DNA of 64,000 bases. Source: Nevskia soli. GTDB taxonomy: Bacteria > Pseudomonadota > Gammaproteobacteria > Nevskiales > Nevskiaceae. Position numbers and translations under genes: made by a program. Below, one piece after another: positions 20,115 through 30,570 of the stretch (positions within the stretch are counted from its first letter, which is position 1; the number at the start of each line of letters is the position of its first letter). The notes beneath the pieces are model-generated. The model searched no databases. It was not told the origin of the DNA and was given only the letters and a program-made list of their open reading frames with translations. Where the stretch lies: NCBI GenBank assembly GCA_026224805.1, contig JAMFRN010000138.1:19441-83440 (forward strand), written 5' to 3'.

Positions 20115-20385
20115 ACTTTTCACCACCGCGGGCGGCGCGCCAGCGCCGCCCCGCTGTTTTTGCTCCCGTCTCACGGGAGCGCCCGGCCTCTCCAGCTGCC
20201 GGGTCAGGACGGCCAAAATGCCTCGCCGGTAATCCAAACGTGACGAAAGTTGGAATTTCGCTGCGGCGGACCCAGCCAAAGTCTCAGCGTGCACTTTAAG
20301 TTGTCACCCTAAGTGACTGTTTTTGCAGAACTGTACTATTCTAGTGCAAGTGCGCGTAAGCCCTTGTCCAGACAGGAAATAATTC

Positions 20386-20460
20386 TTGCCGGGTGGTTTT
20401 TAGTGGATTATAGTGGGGTGTGAGGGAGTCCAGTGGGTGATCTTGGGCTCCCATTGGCCA
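20386..20460 (+). promoter_or_regulatory. dcw (mra) promoter with MraZ-binding repeats
   Basis: TTGCCG-N17-TATAGT (20386-20414) overlapped by six GTGG/TGGG-like boxes at 10-nt period (20391-20450). Confidence 0.8.
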
Positions 20461-20482
20461 TTTTGGGACACACCAGCGCGCA

Positions 20483-20911
20483 ATGTTTGCCGGATCGAAC
20501 AAGCTGACGATAGACGACAAGGGGCGCCTGGCGATCCCCGCGCGTCTGCGCACCCAGCTGGCCGATGAATACGGCAAGCAGATCGCCATCACGCTTGGGC
20601 CGGAGTGCATCGAGGTGTATCCGGCGCCGGTGTTCCGGCGCATCGCCGAAGCCATCCCGAAAATTCAGGATCGCGCCAAGCGCATGCTGATGCAACGCCT
20701 GTTCGTCGGCTATGCGGTGGAGGCGGAGCCGGATGCGCAGGGCCGCGTCGTGGTGCCGACGATCCTGCGCGAACTGAAGCAGCTGGGCAGCGAGGTGGTG
20801 CTGGTCGGGCAGATCGATCATTTCGAACTGTGGTCCGAAGCGCAGTGGACGGCGTCGACCAGCGAGGCGCAGGCGAGTTACGCCGACGCCTACGCGGCGC
20901 TGAACCTGTAA
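20483..20911 (+). CDS. mraZ: Transcriptional regulator MraZ
   Basis: IDDKGRLAIPA and DAQGRVVVP repeated DxxGR motifs. Confidence 0.93.
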   Translation: MFAGSNKLTIDDKGRLAIPARLRTQLADEYGKQIAITLGPECIEVYPAPVFRRIAEAIPKIQDRAKRMLMQRLFVGYAVEAEPDAQGRVVVPTILRELKQLGSEVVLVGQIDHFELWSEAQWTASTSEAQASYADAYAALNL

Positions 20912-20971
20912 TGGGGCCGCGCCGTGCAAAGCGTTTTGCCCGTTGCGCTACAAGCACGGGGCACTAGCCGG

Positions 20972-21901
20972 ATGCTCAGCCACCGGCCAGTGATGCTCGC
21001 GGAAGCCCTGGCCGGACTCGCCGTCCACGCCGGGGGAACCTACGTGGACGGGACCTATGGCCGCGGCGGCCACAGCGGCGCCATTCTCGAGGCACTCGGC
21101 GGCAGCGGCATGCTGCACGCGCTGGACCGCGATCCCGCCGCCACCGCCGAAGCCTGGAAGCAGCACGCCGCGGCCCCGAACTTCCGCATCCACGCGCGCA
21201 ACTTCGCCGAGATCGGCGCGCTGGCGGCCGAACTGGGCATCGCCGGCCGCATCGATGGCCTGCTGCTCGACCTGGGCGTGTCCAGCCCGCAATTCGACGA
21301 CGCCACGCGCGGCTTCAGCTTCGCCAACGACGGCCCCCTGGACATGCGCATGGATCCACTGTCCGGCGAGTCCGCCGCGCAGTGGCTGGCCCGCGCCAAG
21401 GACGAGGAGATCGCCGATGTGCTGTGGCGTTTCGGCGACGAGCGCAACAGCCGCCGCATCGCGCGGCGCATCGTCGACACGCGCGGCGAGACGCCGCTGA
21501 CCAGCACTGCCCAGCTCGCCGCCCTGATCGCCACGGTGCCGGGTCCGCGCAGCCATAAGATCCACCCGGCCACGCGCAGCTTCCAGGCCATCCGCATTCA
21601 TATCAATGGCGAACTGGCGGCACTCGAAGCGGCCCTGGCGGCGTCCCCCGCGCTGCTGGCGCCGGGCGGCCGCATCGCCGTGATCAGCTTCCATTCGCTG
21701 GAAGACCGCATGGTCAAGCGCTTCTTCCGGGAGGGGGGAGGCGAGAGGCGAGAGGCGGTGGACAGGCATGCTGTTGCGCCTCTCGCCTCTCGCCCCTCGC
21801 TTCTCAAGCGCGTCGCCCGCTTTTTCCCCAGCGATGAAGAGATCGCGCTCAACCCCCGTGCGCGCAGCGCGGTGCTGCGGGTGGCGGAGCGCCTGTCATG
21901 A
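20972..21901 (+). CDS. rsmH: 16S rRNA m4C1402 methyltransferase
   Basis: HRPVML, DGTYGRGGHS, DLGVSSPQ, HPATRSFQAIRI, SFHSLEDR, NPRARSA. Confidence 0.95.
   Translation: MLSHRPVMLAEALAGLAVHAGGTYVDGTYGRGGHSGAILEALGGSGMLHALDRDPAATAEAWKQHAAAPNFRIHARNFAEIGALAAELGIAGRIDGLLLDLGVSSPQFDDATRGFSFANDGPLDMRMDPLSGESAAQWLARAKDEEIADVLWRFGDERNSRRIARRIVDTRGETPLTSTAQLAALIATVPGPRSHKIHPATRSFQAIRIHINGELAALEAALAASPALLAPGGRIAVISFHSLEDRMVKRFFREGGGERREAVDRHAVAPLASRPSLLKRVARFFPSDEEIALNPRARSAVLRVAERLS
21740..21794. repeat. Perfect 18-bp inverted repeat of GGCGAGA heptamers inside rsmH
   Basis: GGCGAGAGGCGAGAGGCG (21740-21757) / CGCCTCTCGCCTCTCGCC (21777-21794). Confidence 0.85.
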
Positions 21902-22239
21902 GCGCGGCGCCCAACGGCAAGGGCGGCAGCGGCGGCGGCACCATGACGCCGCTGCTGCTGGCGGTGCTGGTGATGGTGTCCGCTGTGGCGGTAGTGCAGG
22001 CGAAGCAGCACAACCGCAACCTGACTTCGCGCCTCGACACCATGCGCCAGGAGAGCGAGCGCCTGCAGCTGGAATGGGCGCAGCTGCAGCTGGAGCAGGC
22101 CACCCTGGCGCAGCACGGCCGGGTCGACGAGCTGGCGCGCAGCCAGTTCGGCATGGTCGATCCGCTCGACTACCAGATCGTCGGCGGCCCCGCCGCCCCG
22201 GCAGCTCCTGCGGCTCCCGCCGCGGAGAAGCCGCGGTGA
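21898..22239 (+). CDS. ftsL: Cell division protein FtsL
   Basis: Single TM then coiled coil LQLEWAQLQLEQATL; between rsmH and ftsI. Confidence 0.9.
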   Translation: MSAAPNGKGGSGGGTMTPLLLAVLVMVSAVAVVQAKQHNRNLTSRLDTMRQESERLQLEWAQLQLEQATLAQHGRVDELARSQFGMVDPLDYQIVGGPAAPAAPAAPAAEKPR

Positions 22240-23999
22240 GCGCCGCCTTCAAGCTGCGTCCGGACAAGCCCGGCAACTGGCGCCGCCAGGCGGCGCTGGG
22301 CCTGATGGCCGTGTTCGCCGTGGCGGTGCTGGGACGCGCCTTCTACCTGCAGGTGGTGGAAAACGATTTCCTCACCCGCCAGGGCAACATCCGCCAGGTG
22401 CGCACGGTGGTGCTGCAGGCCAATCGCGGCGCGGTGCGCGACCGCAACGGCGAGCCGCTGGCGCTGTCGGCGCCGGTCGATTCGATCTGGGTGGTGCCGT
22501 CCGACCTGCTCGACGCGCCGCCCTACGTGGTGGCGATGTCCAAGCTGCTCGGCGTGTCCTCGAGCGAGCTGGAAAGCTTCCTGCGCGAGCGCTCCGACCG
22601 CCAGTTCGTCTATCTCAAGCGCCAGATCGACCCGGACGAGGCCAAGCGCTTCATGGCGCTGGGCGCGCCGGGCGTGTTCTCGCAGCGCGAATACCGCCGC
22701 TTCTATCCGGCCGGCGAAGTGGCGGCGCACGTGGTCGGCTTCTGCGACATCGACGGCAAGGGCCAAGAAGGCATCGAGGCCTCGCAGGACGCGGTGATGC
22801 GCGGCACGCCCGGCTCGCGCCGCGTGATCCGCGACCGCGCCGGCCACGTCATCGAGGACACCGACGACTACACCCAGGCGCAGCCGGGGCAGGACGTCAA
22901 CCTGACCATGGACCTGCGCCTGCAATACCTGGCCTACCGCGAGCTGAAAAGCGCGGTGGAACAGAACAAGGCCAGCGGCGGCCTGATCGTGGTGGCGGAC
23001 GCGCACAGCGGCGACATTCTGGCCCTGGCCAGCCAGCCCGGTTACAACCCCAACCGCGCCGATGACCGCGATTCCGCCGGCTTGCGCAACCGCGCCGTGG
23101 TCGACAGCTTCGAGCCCGGCTCGACCATCAAGCCGCTGCTGATCTCGCAGGCGCTGGAGACGCACGCGGTGCCGGCCGATATCCACATCGACACCGGCCC
23201 CGGCTTCTTCAAGGTCGGCGCGTTGACCGTGCACGACGTGCATCCGGAAGGCGACGTCGACCTGAGCACGCTGCTGGCCAAGTCGAGCAATGTCGGCGCC
23301 GCCAAGGTCGGCCTGATCATGGGCGCCGAATCGGTGTGGACCGGCTACCAGAAATTCGGCATCGGCGAGCCGGTGGGATCGGGTCTGCCGGGCGAGGCCG
23401 GCGGCGTGCTGCGCAAGTACACCGAATGGGGCCAGATCGCCACCGCCACCGCGTCCTACGGCTACGGCCTCACCGTCAATGCGCTGCAGCTGGTGCGCGC
23501 CTACACCGGCATCGCCAACGACGGCCTGATGCCGCAGCTGTCGGTCCTGCACCGCGATCACGAGATCCCGGCGCAGCGCGTGATCTCCGAGCAGACCGCC
23601 CGCACCATGCGCCAGCTGCTGGAAGGGGTGGTCAACAAGGGCGGCACCGCGGCGCGCGCCATGGTGGCCGGCTACCGCGTCGCCGGCAAGACCGGCACGG
23701 TGCGCAAGAATGCCAACGGCAGCTACATCGAAGGCCATCACCAGGCAGTGTTCATCGGCATGCTGCCGGCCGAGCATCCGCGCCTGGTCGCCTTGGTGAT
23801 GATCGACGATCCCGCCGGCGACGACTACTACGGCGGTGCGGTATCGGGGCCGGTGTTCGCGCGGGTCATGGCGGGCGCGGCGCGCCTGCTGCAGATTCCG
23901 CCCGACCTCAGTCCCGGCACGCCGCAGATGGAGACCGCCGATGCCGCCAGGATGACCGCGGCGCCGGTGCTGACGCTGGCGGCGGGAGCGCAACCTTGA
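22236..23999 (+). CDS. ftsI: Peptidoglycan transpeptidase PBP3
   Basis: GTG overlaps the ftsL stop; EPGSTIKP (SxxK), KSSNVG (SxN), GKTGT. Confidence 0.95.
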   Translation: MSAAFKLRPDKPGNWRRQAALGLMAVFAVAVLGRAFYLQVVENDFLTRQGNIRQVRTVVLQANRGAVRDRNGEPLALSAPVDSIWVVPSDLLDAPPYVVAMSKLLGVSSSELESFLRERSDRQFVYLKRQIDPDEAKRFMALGAPGVFSQREYRRFYPAGEVAAHVVGFCDIDGKGQEGIEASQDAVMRGTPGSRRVIRDRAGHVIEDTDDYTQAQPGQDVNLTMDLRLQYLAYRELKSAVEQNKASGGLIVVADAHSGDILALASQPGYNPNRADDRDSAGLRNRAVVDSFEPGSTIKPLLISQALETHAVPADIHIDTGPGFFKVGALTVHDVHPEGDVDLSTLLAKSSNVGAAKVGLIMGAESVWTGYQKFGIGEPVGSGLPGEAGGVLRKYTEWGQIATATASYGYGLTVNALQLVRAYTGIANDGLMPQLSVLHRDHEIPAQRVISEQTARTMRQLLEGVVNKGGTAARAMVAGYRVAGKTGTVRKNANGSYIEGHHQAVFIGMLPAEHPRLVALVMIDDPAGDDYYGGAVSGPVFARVMAGAARLLQIPPDLSPGTPQMETADAARMTAAPVLTLAAGAQP

Positions 24000-25501
24000 A
24001 CGCGGCCCTGGCGACGCGTTCGCTGCGCAGCCTGCTGCAGGGCTATGCCGATGCGGTGCCCGACATGGGCGTGACCGGCGTCGAGCTGGACAGCCGTCGC
24101 GTCGTTCCCGGCAGCCTGTTCCTGGCGGTGCGCGGCCAGGCCCGGCATGGTCTGGCCTTCGCCGGCGAGGCGCTCAAGCGCGGCGCCGCCGCGATTGCCT
24201 GGGAACCGACGGATGACGTCGCCGCGCCGCAGTTCGAAGTGCTGACCCTGCCGGTCACCGAGCTGGGTGCGCATGCGGGCGAGATTGCCGCGCGCTATTG
24301 GCGCCATCCCAGCCGCGAGTTGTTCACGGTCGGGGTCACCGGCACCGACGGCAAGACCTCGACGGCGCATCTGATCGCCCAGGCGTTGAACCGTCTCGGC
24401 CTGCCCTGCGCCTATTTCGGCACCCTCGGCTATGGCCGCCTCGGCCATCTCGTCGATGCCTCGCATACCACGCCCGATGCGGTGCGCCTGCAGCGCCTGC
24501 TGGCGGAGCAGCGCGAGGCGGGTGCCCGCGCCTGCGCCATGGAAGTGTCCTCGCACGCGCTCGACCAGGGCCGCGTCGCCGGCGTCGAGTTCGACGTGGC
24601 GGTGCTGACCAATGTCGGCCGCGATCATCTCGATTACCACGGCACCGTGGAAAACTATGCCGCCGCCAAGCGCCGACTGTTCGCCTGGGACGGGCTCAAG
24701 GCCGCGGTGCTGAATCGCGACGATGCCCATGCAGCCGAATGGGCGCGGACCCTGGTGGGCGGCGCCGCAGTGACGCTCTATGGCGTCGGCGGCGAAGTGC
24801 CGGCGCGCGGGCCTTATGTGCTGGGCGCCAATCTGGAGCTGCATGGCGCCGGCCTGCGCTTCGAGGTTCGCAGTTCCTGGGGCGAGACGCGCATCGACAG
24901 CCGCCTGCTCGGCCGTTTCAATGCCTACAACCTGCTGGCCGCGCTGGCCAGTCTGCTGCACCAGGGCGCTCCGCTGAAGGATGCGGCTGAGGCGCTGAGC
25001 GCCTGTACCACCGTGCCCGGCCGCATTGAAGGCTTCCACGGTCCACATGCCGCAGCGCTGGTAGTGGTGGACTACGCTCACACGCCGCAAGCGCTGACCC
25101 AGGTGCTGCAAGCCTTGCGCGCCCACACCAGCGGCAAGCTCTATTGCGTCTTCGGCTGCGGCGGCGACCGCGATCGCGGCAAGCGCCCGCTGATGGGCCG
25201 CGCGGCGGCGGAGCTGGCCGATGTGGCCATCGTCACCGACGACAACCCGCGCGGCGAGAACGCGGCCGACATCGTGGCGCAAATCCTCGGCGGCATTCCG
25301 GCGAAAATGCTGGGCCGGGTCAGCGTCGAGCATGACCGCGCGCGCGCCATCGAGCGCGCCGTGCGCGGAGCTGGCGCCGATGACGTGGTGCTGGTGGCCG
25401 GCAAAGGCCATGAGGACTACCAGATCTACGGCAGCGAGCGGCGCATGTTCTCCGATCGCGCTTTCGTTGCGGGCTTGCTTGGCATGGAGGCGCGCGCATG
25501 A
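23996..25501 (+). CDS. murE: UDP-MurNAc-tripeptide synthetase (meso-DAP)
   Basis: TTG overlaps the ftsI stop; GVTGTDGKTS, MEVSSH, DYAHTP, DNPR, AGKGHE. Confidence 0.94.
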   Translation: MNAALATRSLRSLLQGYADAVPDMGVTGVELDSRRVVPGSLFLAVRGQARHGLAFAGEALKRGAAAIAWEPTDDVAAPQFEVLTLPVTELGAHAGEIAARYWRHPSRELFTVGVTGTDGKTSTAHLIAQALNRLGLPCAYFGTLGYGRLGHLVDASHTTPDAVRLQRLLAEQREAGARACAMEVSSHALDQGRVAGVEFDVAVLTNVGRDHLDYHGTVENYAAAKRRLFAWDGLKAAVLNRDDAHAAEWARTLVGGAAVTLYGVGGEVPARGPYVLGANLELHGAGLRFEVRSSWGETRIDSRLLGRFNAYNLLAALASLLHQGAPLKDAAEALSACTTVPGRIEGFHGPHAAALVVVDYAHTPQALTQVLQALRAHTSGKLYCVFGCGGDRDRGKRPLMGRAAAELADVAIVTDDNPRGENAADIVAQILGGIPAKMLGRVSVEHDRARAIERAVRGAGADDVVLVAGKGHEDYQIYGSERRMFSDRAFVAGLLGMEARA

Positions 25502-26907
25502 GCGCCGCTGCCAACACCGCAGGCAATATGGAACATCTGTCGCATATGGCGGGCCGCATCGGCGGCCGGTTGCTGGGCGAGGACGCGGCATTCGCCCGCG
25601 TCGTCACCGACACGCGCCAGTTGCGGCGCGGCGATCTGTTCGTGGCGCTGAAGGGCGAGAATTTCGACGGCCACGACTATGTGCTGCGCGCCGCCAGTCT
25701 TGGCGCCGCCGGCTCACTCGTGTCCGGTGGGGTGGAGGGCGCACCTTCGCAGGTGGTCGCCGCCGATACCCTGACGGCTTTGCAGGCTTACGCAAAAAGC
25801 TGGCGCGCCGATTTCGAGCTGCCCGTGATCGGTGTCACCGGCAGCAGCGGCAAGACCACCACCAAGCAGATGCTGGCGGCGGTCTGCGCCGCGCGCGGGC
25901 CGGTGCTGGCCACCGAGGGCAATCTCAACAACCACATCGGCCTGCCGCTGACCCTGCTGCGGTTGCGCGCCGAGCATCGCACCGCGGTGATCGAGATGGG
26001 CGCCAATCATCTGGGCGAAATCGCCTTGCTGGCGGGCCTGGCGCGGCCCGACATCGGCATCGTCACCCAGGCCGGCGATGCCCACCTCGAGGGCTTCGGC
26101 TCGCGCGAGGGCGTGGCCCGCGGCAAGGGCGAGATGTACACATCGCTGGCCGGCCGCGGCATCGCCGTGATCAATCGTGACGATGTCTATTTCGACCTGT
26201 GGCGCGAACTCGCCGGCGCCAGCACCGTGCTCAGCTTCGGCCTGTCTGCGCATGCCAACGTGCGCGCCGAGGACATCCACGGCCAACCCGAGCACGCGCC
26301 GACCGCCACCGTCTTCAACCTGATCACGCCGCAAGGCCGCGCCCGCGTCGAACTGCCGCTGCCCGGGCGCCATAACGTCCTCAACGCGCTGGCGGCCGCC
26401 GCGGCCGGTCTGGCGCTGGGTATGGATGTTGCCGCCATCGCCGCCGGTCTCGGCCAGGTGCGGCCGGTGGCCGGGCGTCTCAGCTGGATGGGCACGCCGC
26501 AGGGTGCGCGCCTGCTCGACGACAGCTACAACGCCAATCCCACCAGCCTGCGCGCCGCGCTCGACCTGCTGGCCGGCCTGCCTGGCAGCCGCTGGCTGGT
26601 GCTGGGCGACATGCGCGAACTGGGCGGCGACGAAGCGGCGATCCACGAAGAGGCGGGCCGCAGCGCGCGCCTGCTCGGCATCGACCGCCTCTACACGGTC
26701 GGCACGCTGGCGCAGCACGCGGCGCAGGGCTTCGGCGCGCAGGCACGCCATTTCCCCACAGTGGAGGCCCTGATCGAGGCGCTGCGCGACGACCTCGCCG
26801 GGACCGACGCCGGCCAGGTGGCGCTGCTAGTCAAGGGTTCGCGTTCCTCCCGCATGGAGCGCGTCGTCGCCGCGCTGACCGGCACCACCGTGGCCGAGGC
26901 CCACTGA
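25498..26907 (+). CDS. murF: UDP-MurNAc-pentapeptide synthetase
   Basis: [37 protein letters not shown]. Confidence 0.95.
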   Translation: MSAAANTAGNMEHLSHMAGRIGGRLLGEDAAFARVVTDTRQLRRGDLFVALKGENFDGHDYVLRAASLGAAGSLVSGGVEGAPSQVVAADTLTALQAYAKSWRADFELPVIGVTGSSGKTTTKQMLAAVCAARGPVLATEGNLNNHIGLPLTLLRLRAEHRTAVIEMGANHLGEIALLAGLARPDIGIVTQAGDAHLEGFGSREGVARGKGEMYTSLAGRGIAVINRDDVYFDLWRELAGASTVLSFGLSAHANVRAEDIHGQPEHAPTATVFNLITPQGRARVELPLPGRHNVLNALAAAAAGLALGMDVAAIAAGLGQVRPVAGRLSWMGTPQGARLLDDSYNANPTSLRAALDLLAGLPGSRWLVLGDMRELGGDEAAIHEEAGRSARLLGIDRLYTVGTLAQHAAQGFGAQARHFPTVEALIEALRDDLAGTDAGQVALLVKGSRSSRMERVVAALTGTTVAEAH

Positions 26908-27992
26908 TGCTCTACGCACTGGCCGAATACCTGCAGCACTACGTCGGCGGCTTCCGCCTGTTCGGCTACCTGTCGGTGCGCGCCATTCTCGGCATTCTCA
27001 CCGCGCTGATCTTCTGCTTCGTGTTCGGGCCGCAGATCATCCGCCGCCTGCAGGTACTCAAGTTCGGCCAGGTGATCCGCCGCGACGGACCGCAGAGCCA
27101 TCTGGCCAAGACCGGCACGCCGACCATGGGCGGCGCCATGATCCTCGGCGCCATCGCCATCGCCACCCTGCTGTGGGGCGACCTGTCGAGCCGCTTCATC
27201 TGGTTCGCACTGTTCGTGACGCTGTCCTTCGGCGCAGTGGGCTTCGCCGACGACTGGCTCAAGATCAAGCACAAGTCGCCCAAGGGCCTGTCGGCGAGGA
27301 CGAAGTATTTCTGGCTGTCGCTGGCCGGCTTCGCCACCTCGATCGGCATCTACCTCACCACCAAGACGCCGGCGGAGACCACGCTGATCCTGCCGCTGAT
27401 CAAGGAAGTGACGCTGCAGCTGGGCTGGTGGTTCATTCCCTGGAGCTACCTGGTGATTGTCGGCTCCAGCAACGCGGTCAATCTGACCGACGGGCTCGAT
27501 GGCCTGGCCATCATGCCGACCGTGCTGGTGGCTTCGGCGCTGGCGCTGTTCGCCTACACCACCGGCAACGTCAAGTTCGCCAGCTACCTCGGCATTCCCT
27601 ATATCGCCGGGGTGGGCGAGCTGTCCATCTTCTGCACCGCTATCGCCGGTGCGGGACTCGGCTTCCTCTGGTTTAACGCCTATCCGGCCCAGGTGTTCAT
27701 GGGCGACGTCGGCGCGCTCGCGCTGGGCGCGGCGCTGGGCGTGGTGGCGGTGCTGGTGCGGCAGGAGATCGTGCTGGCCATCATGGGCGGCGTGTTCGTC
27801 GCCGAAACCGTGTCGGTGGCGGTGCAGGTGCTGTACTTCAAGTACAGCGGCGGCAAGCGCATCTTCCGCATGGCGCCGCTGCACCATCACTACGAGCTGA
27901 AGGGCTGGCCCGAGCCGAAGATCATCGTGCGCTTCTGGATCATCACGCTGATCCTGGTGCTGGTCGGCCTGTCCACGCTGAAGGTGCGCTGA
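26907..27992 (+). CDS. mraY: Phospho-MurNAc-pentapeptide transferase
   Basis: [37 protein letters not shown]. Confidence 0.97.
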   Translation: MLYALAEYLQHYVGGFRLFGYLSVRAILGILTALIFCFVFGPQIIRRLQVLKFGQVIRRDGPQSHLAKTGTPTMGGAMILGAIAIATLLWGDLSSRFIWFALFVTLSFGAVGFADDWLKIKHKSPKGLSARTKYFWLSLAGFATSIGIYLTTKTPAETTLILPLIKEVTLQLGWWFIPWSYLVIVGSSNAVNLTDGLDGLAIMPTVLVASALALFAYTTGNVKFASYLGIPYIAGVGELSIFCTAIAGAGLGFLWFNAYPAQVFMGDVGALALGAALGVVAVLVRQEIVLAIMGGVFVAETVSVAVQVLYFKYSGGKRIFRMAPLHHHYELKGWPEPKIIVRFWIITLILVLVGLSTLKVR

Positions 27993-29383
27993 TGAGCGAA
28001 AGCTTCCAGGGACGCAAGGTGCTGGTGGTCGGACTGGGCAAGTCCGGCGCCGCCACCGCGCGTTACCTGGCCAATGCCGGCGCCGCGCTGGTGCTGACCG
28101 ATTCGCGCGCCGCCCCGGCCGGGCTGGAGCAGGTGCGCGCCGCCGCGCCGCAGGGCGAGCTCCATCTCGGCGCCTTCGATGCGCCGCAGCCCTGGTCGCA
28201 ATTCGCCTTCGCGGTGATTTCCCCGGGCGTGCCGCTGGACGATCCCTTCGTCGCGGCCCTGCGCCAGGCCAGGGTCGAGATCCTCGGCGATGTCGAGCTG
28301 TTCGCGCGCGCCGCCGCCGCGCCGGTGATCGGCATCACCGGCAGCAACGGCAAGAGCACCGTCACCACCCTGGTCGGCGACATGGCGGTGGCCGCCGGGC
28401 TGCGCGCCGGCGTCGGCGGCAACCTCGGCACCCCGGCCCTGGACCTGCTCGACGCCGAGGCGCAGCTCTACGTGCTGGAGCTGTCCAGCTTCCAGCTCGA
28501 AACCACCGAAACCCTCAAGCTGGCGGCGGCGACCATCCTCAATGTTTCGCCGGATCATCTGGACCGCCATGGTTCGGTGGAGCGCTATACCGCCGCCAAG
28601 GCGCGCATCTACGCGCACGCGCAGACCGCGGTGGTCAACCGCGACGACCGCGCCACCCACAGCGGCGCGCACCTGGCGCGCAACATCGTCAGCTTCGGCC
28701 TGGATGCTCCGGCGCCGGGGCATTACGGCCTGATCGAGCAGGGCGGCGAGACCTGGCTGGCGGCGCCGCCGCAAGGCGAGCCGCAGGCGGGTATCCGGCA
28801 GCACGCTTCATCCTCGCGCATTCCGCCGTCACCGCTGTTGCCGCTGTCGGCGCTGCGCATCCAGGGCCTGCATAACGCCGCCAACGCCCTGGCCGCGCTG
28901 GCCCTGGCCGACGCGGCGGGCATTCCGCGCGAAGGCAGCCTGCACGCCTTGCGCGCGTTCAAGGGCCTGCCGCATCGCTGCGAATGGATTGCCGAGGTCG
29001 GCGGCGTGACCTGGATCAACGATTCCAAGGGCACCAATGTCGGCGCCAGCCTGGCCGCACTGCAGGGCTTTTCCGGTCCGCTGTTGTGGCTCGGCGGCGG
29101 GCAGGGCAAGGGCCAGGATTTCACCGCGCTGCGCGGCCCGCTGAAGGACAAGGCGCGCGCGGCGATCGTCTTCGGCGAGGATGCCGCGCGCATCGAGCGC
29201 GACCTTGGCGGCGCGGTACCGCTGCAGCGCGTGCCGGATCTGGCTGCCGCCGTGGCGGAAGCGCGCAAGCAGGCGCAGGCGGGGGACCGCGTGCTGCTGT
29301 CGCCGGCCTGCGCCAGCCTCGACCAGTTCCGCAACTATGAAGACCGTGGCGCGCAGTTCGCGGCGCTGGTGCGCCACTCATGA
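27992..29383 (+). CDS. murD: UDP-MurNAc-L-Ala:D-Glu ligase
   Basis: GLGKSG, GITGSNGKSTVT, ELSSFQLE, NDSKGTN, LSPACASLDQF. Confidence 0.95.
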   Translation: MSESFQGRKVLVVGLGKSGAATARYLANAGAALVLTDSRAAPAGLEQVRAAAPQGELHLGAFDAPQPWSQFAFAVISPGVPLDDPFVAALRQARVEILGDVELFARAAAAPVIGITGSNGKSTVTTLVGDMAVAAGLRAGVGGNLGTPALDLLDAEAQLYVLELSSFQLETTETLKLAAATILNVSPDHLDRHGSVERYTAAKARIYAHAQTAVVNRDDRATHSGAHLARNIVSFGLDAPAPGHYGLIEQGGETWLAAPPQGEPQAGIRQHASSSRIPPSPLLPLSALRIQGLHNAANALAALALADAAGIPREGSLHALRAFKGLPHRCEWIAEVGGVTWINDSKGTNVGASLAALQGFSGPLLWLGGGQGKGQDFTALRGPLKDKARAAIVFGEDAARIERDLGGAVPLQRVPDLAAAVAEARKQAQAGDRVLLSPACASLDQFRNYEDRGAQFAALVRHS

Positions 29384-30570
29384 GCGCCCAGCGCATCAAT
29401 ACGCAGGGCAGCCTGGCGCTGGGTCTGCCGCGGGCGCGCTACGGGCTCGATGGCACCTTGTGCCTGACCGTCGCGATCCTGCTTGGCTGGGGCCTGATTA
29501 TGGTTGCCTCGGCTTCGGTAGCGATCGGCGAGAAGATGTCCGGTTCGCCACTGTATTTCTTCGAGCGCCAGGTAGTGTTCGTGGTGATCGGCTGCGTCTG
29601 CGGCATGATGACCTTCGCGGTGCCGATGAAGAGCTGGGAGAACAGCGGGCCGCTGCTGCTGGCCCTGGCCTTGTTCCTGCTGGTGCTGGTGCTGATCCCG
29701 CATGTCGGCGTGCGCGTCAACAGCGCCCGGCGCTGGCTCGACTTCGGCCTGTTCCGCCTGCAGGCCTCGGAGCCGGCACGCCTGGCCATGATCCTGTACC
29801 TGGCCGGCTACATCGTGCGGCGCCAGCTCAAGCTGCAGACCAGCCTTCCCGGCCTGGCCGTGCCGTTCATCCCGCTGGGGCTGGTGAGCCTGCTGCTGCT
29901 GGCCGAGCCGGACTTCGGCGCCACCGCCATCCTCATCGCGGTGGCGATGCTGATGCTGTTCCTGGGCGGCGCACGCCTGAGTTACCTGGGCGGCCTGTTC
30001 CTGATCGTCAGCACCACCCTGACGGTGCTGGTGCTGACCGCGGCCTACCGCATGAAGCGCCTGCTCACCTTCACCGACCCCTGGGCCGATGCCGAGCATG
30101 CCGGCTGGCAGCTGACCCAGTCGCTGATCGCGGTCGGCCGCGGCGAGGTGATGGGCGTCGGGCTCGGCAACAGCGTGCAGAAGCTGCTGTACCTGCCGGA
30201 AATGCACACCGACTTCATCTTCGCCATCCTCGCCGAGGAATTCGGCCTGCTCGGCGTGGCGGCGCTGCTGGCGCTGTTCGGCGTGATCGTCTGGCGCGGC
30301 TTCGTCATCGGCCACAACGCCGAGAAGCTCAACTGCCTGTTCAAGGCCTTCCTCTGCTACGGCCTGTCGAGCTGGCTGGGCCTGCAGGCGATGATCAACA
30401 TGGCGGTGAACATGGGCATGCTGCCGACCAAGGGCCTGACCCTGCCCTTCGTCAGCTACGGCGGCAGCAGCCTGATCACGGTGCTGGTGATGCTGGCGCT
30501 GATCCTGCGCGTCGATCACGAGAACCGCCTGATCGAAGCCGGGCATCCCGAAGCAGGAGGCCGGCCATGA
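29380..30570 (+). CDS. ftsW: SEDS peptidoglycan glycosyltransferase FtsW
   Basis: ARRWL, QASE, YLPEMHTDFIFA, KGLTLPFVSYGGSS. Confidence 0.95.
   Translation: MSAQRINTQGSLALGLPRARYGLDGTLCLTVAILLGWGLIMVASASVAIGEKMSGSPLYFFERQVVFVVIGCVCGMMTFAVPMKSWENSGPLLLALALFLLVLVLIPHVGVRVNSARRWLDFGLFRLQASEPARLAMILYLAGYIVRRQLKLQTSLPGLAVPFIPLGLVSLLLLAEPDFGATAILIAVAMLMLFLGGARLSYLGGLFLIVSTTLTVLVLTAAYRMKRLLTFTDPWADAEHAGWQLTQSLIAVGRGEVMGVGLGNSVQKLLYLPEMHTDFIFAILAEEFGLLGVAALLALFGVIVWRGFVIGHNAEKLNCLFKAFLCYGLSSWLGLQAMINMAVNMGMLPTKGLTLPFVSYGGSSLITVLVMLALILRVDHENRLIEAGHPEAGGRP

Noticed and set aside
19691-20299. Small ORFs overlapping rnpB
   Set aside because: Region is fully explained by RNase P RNA
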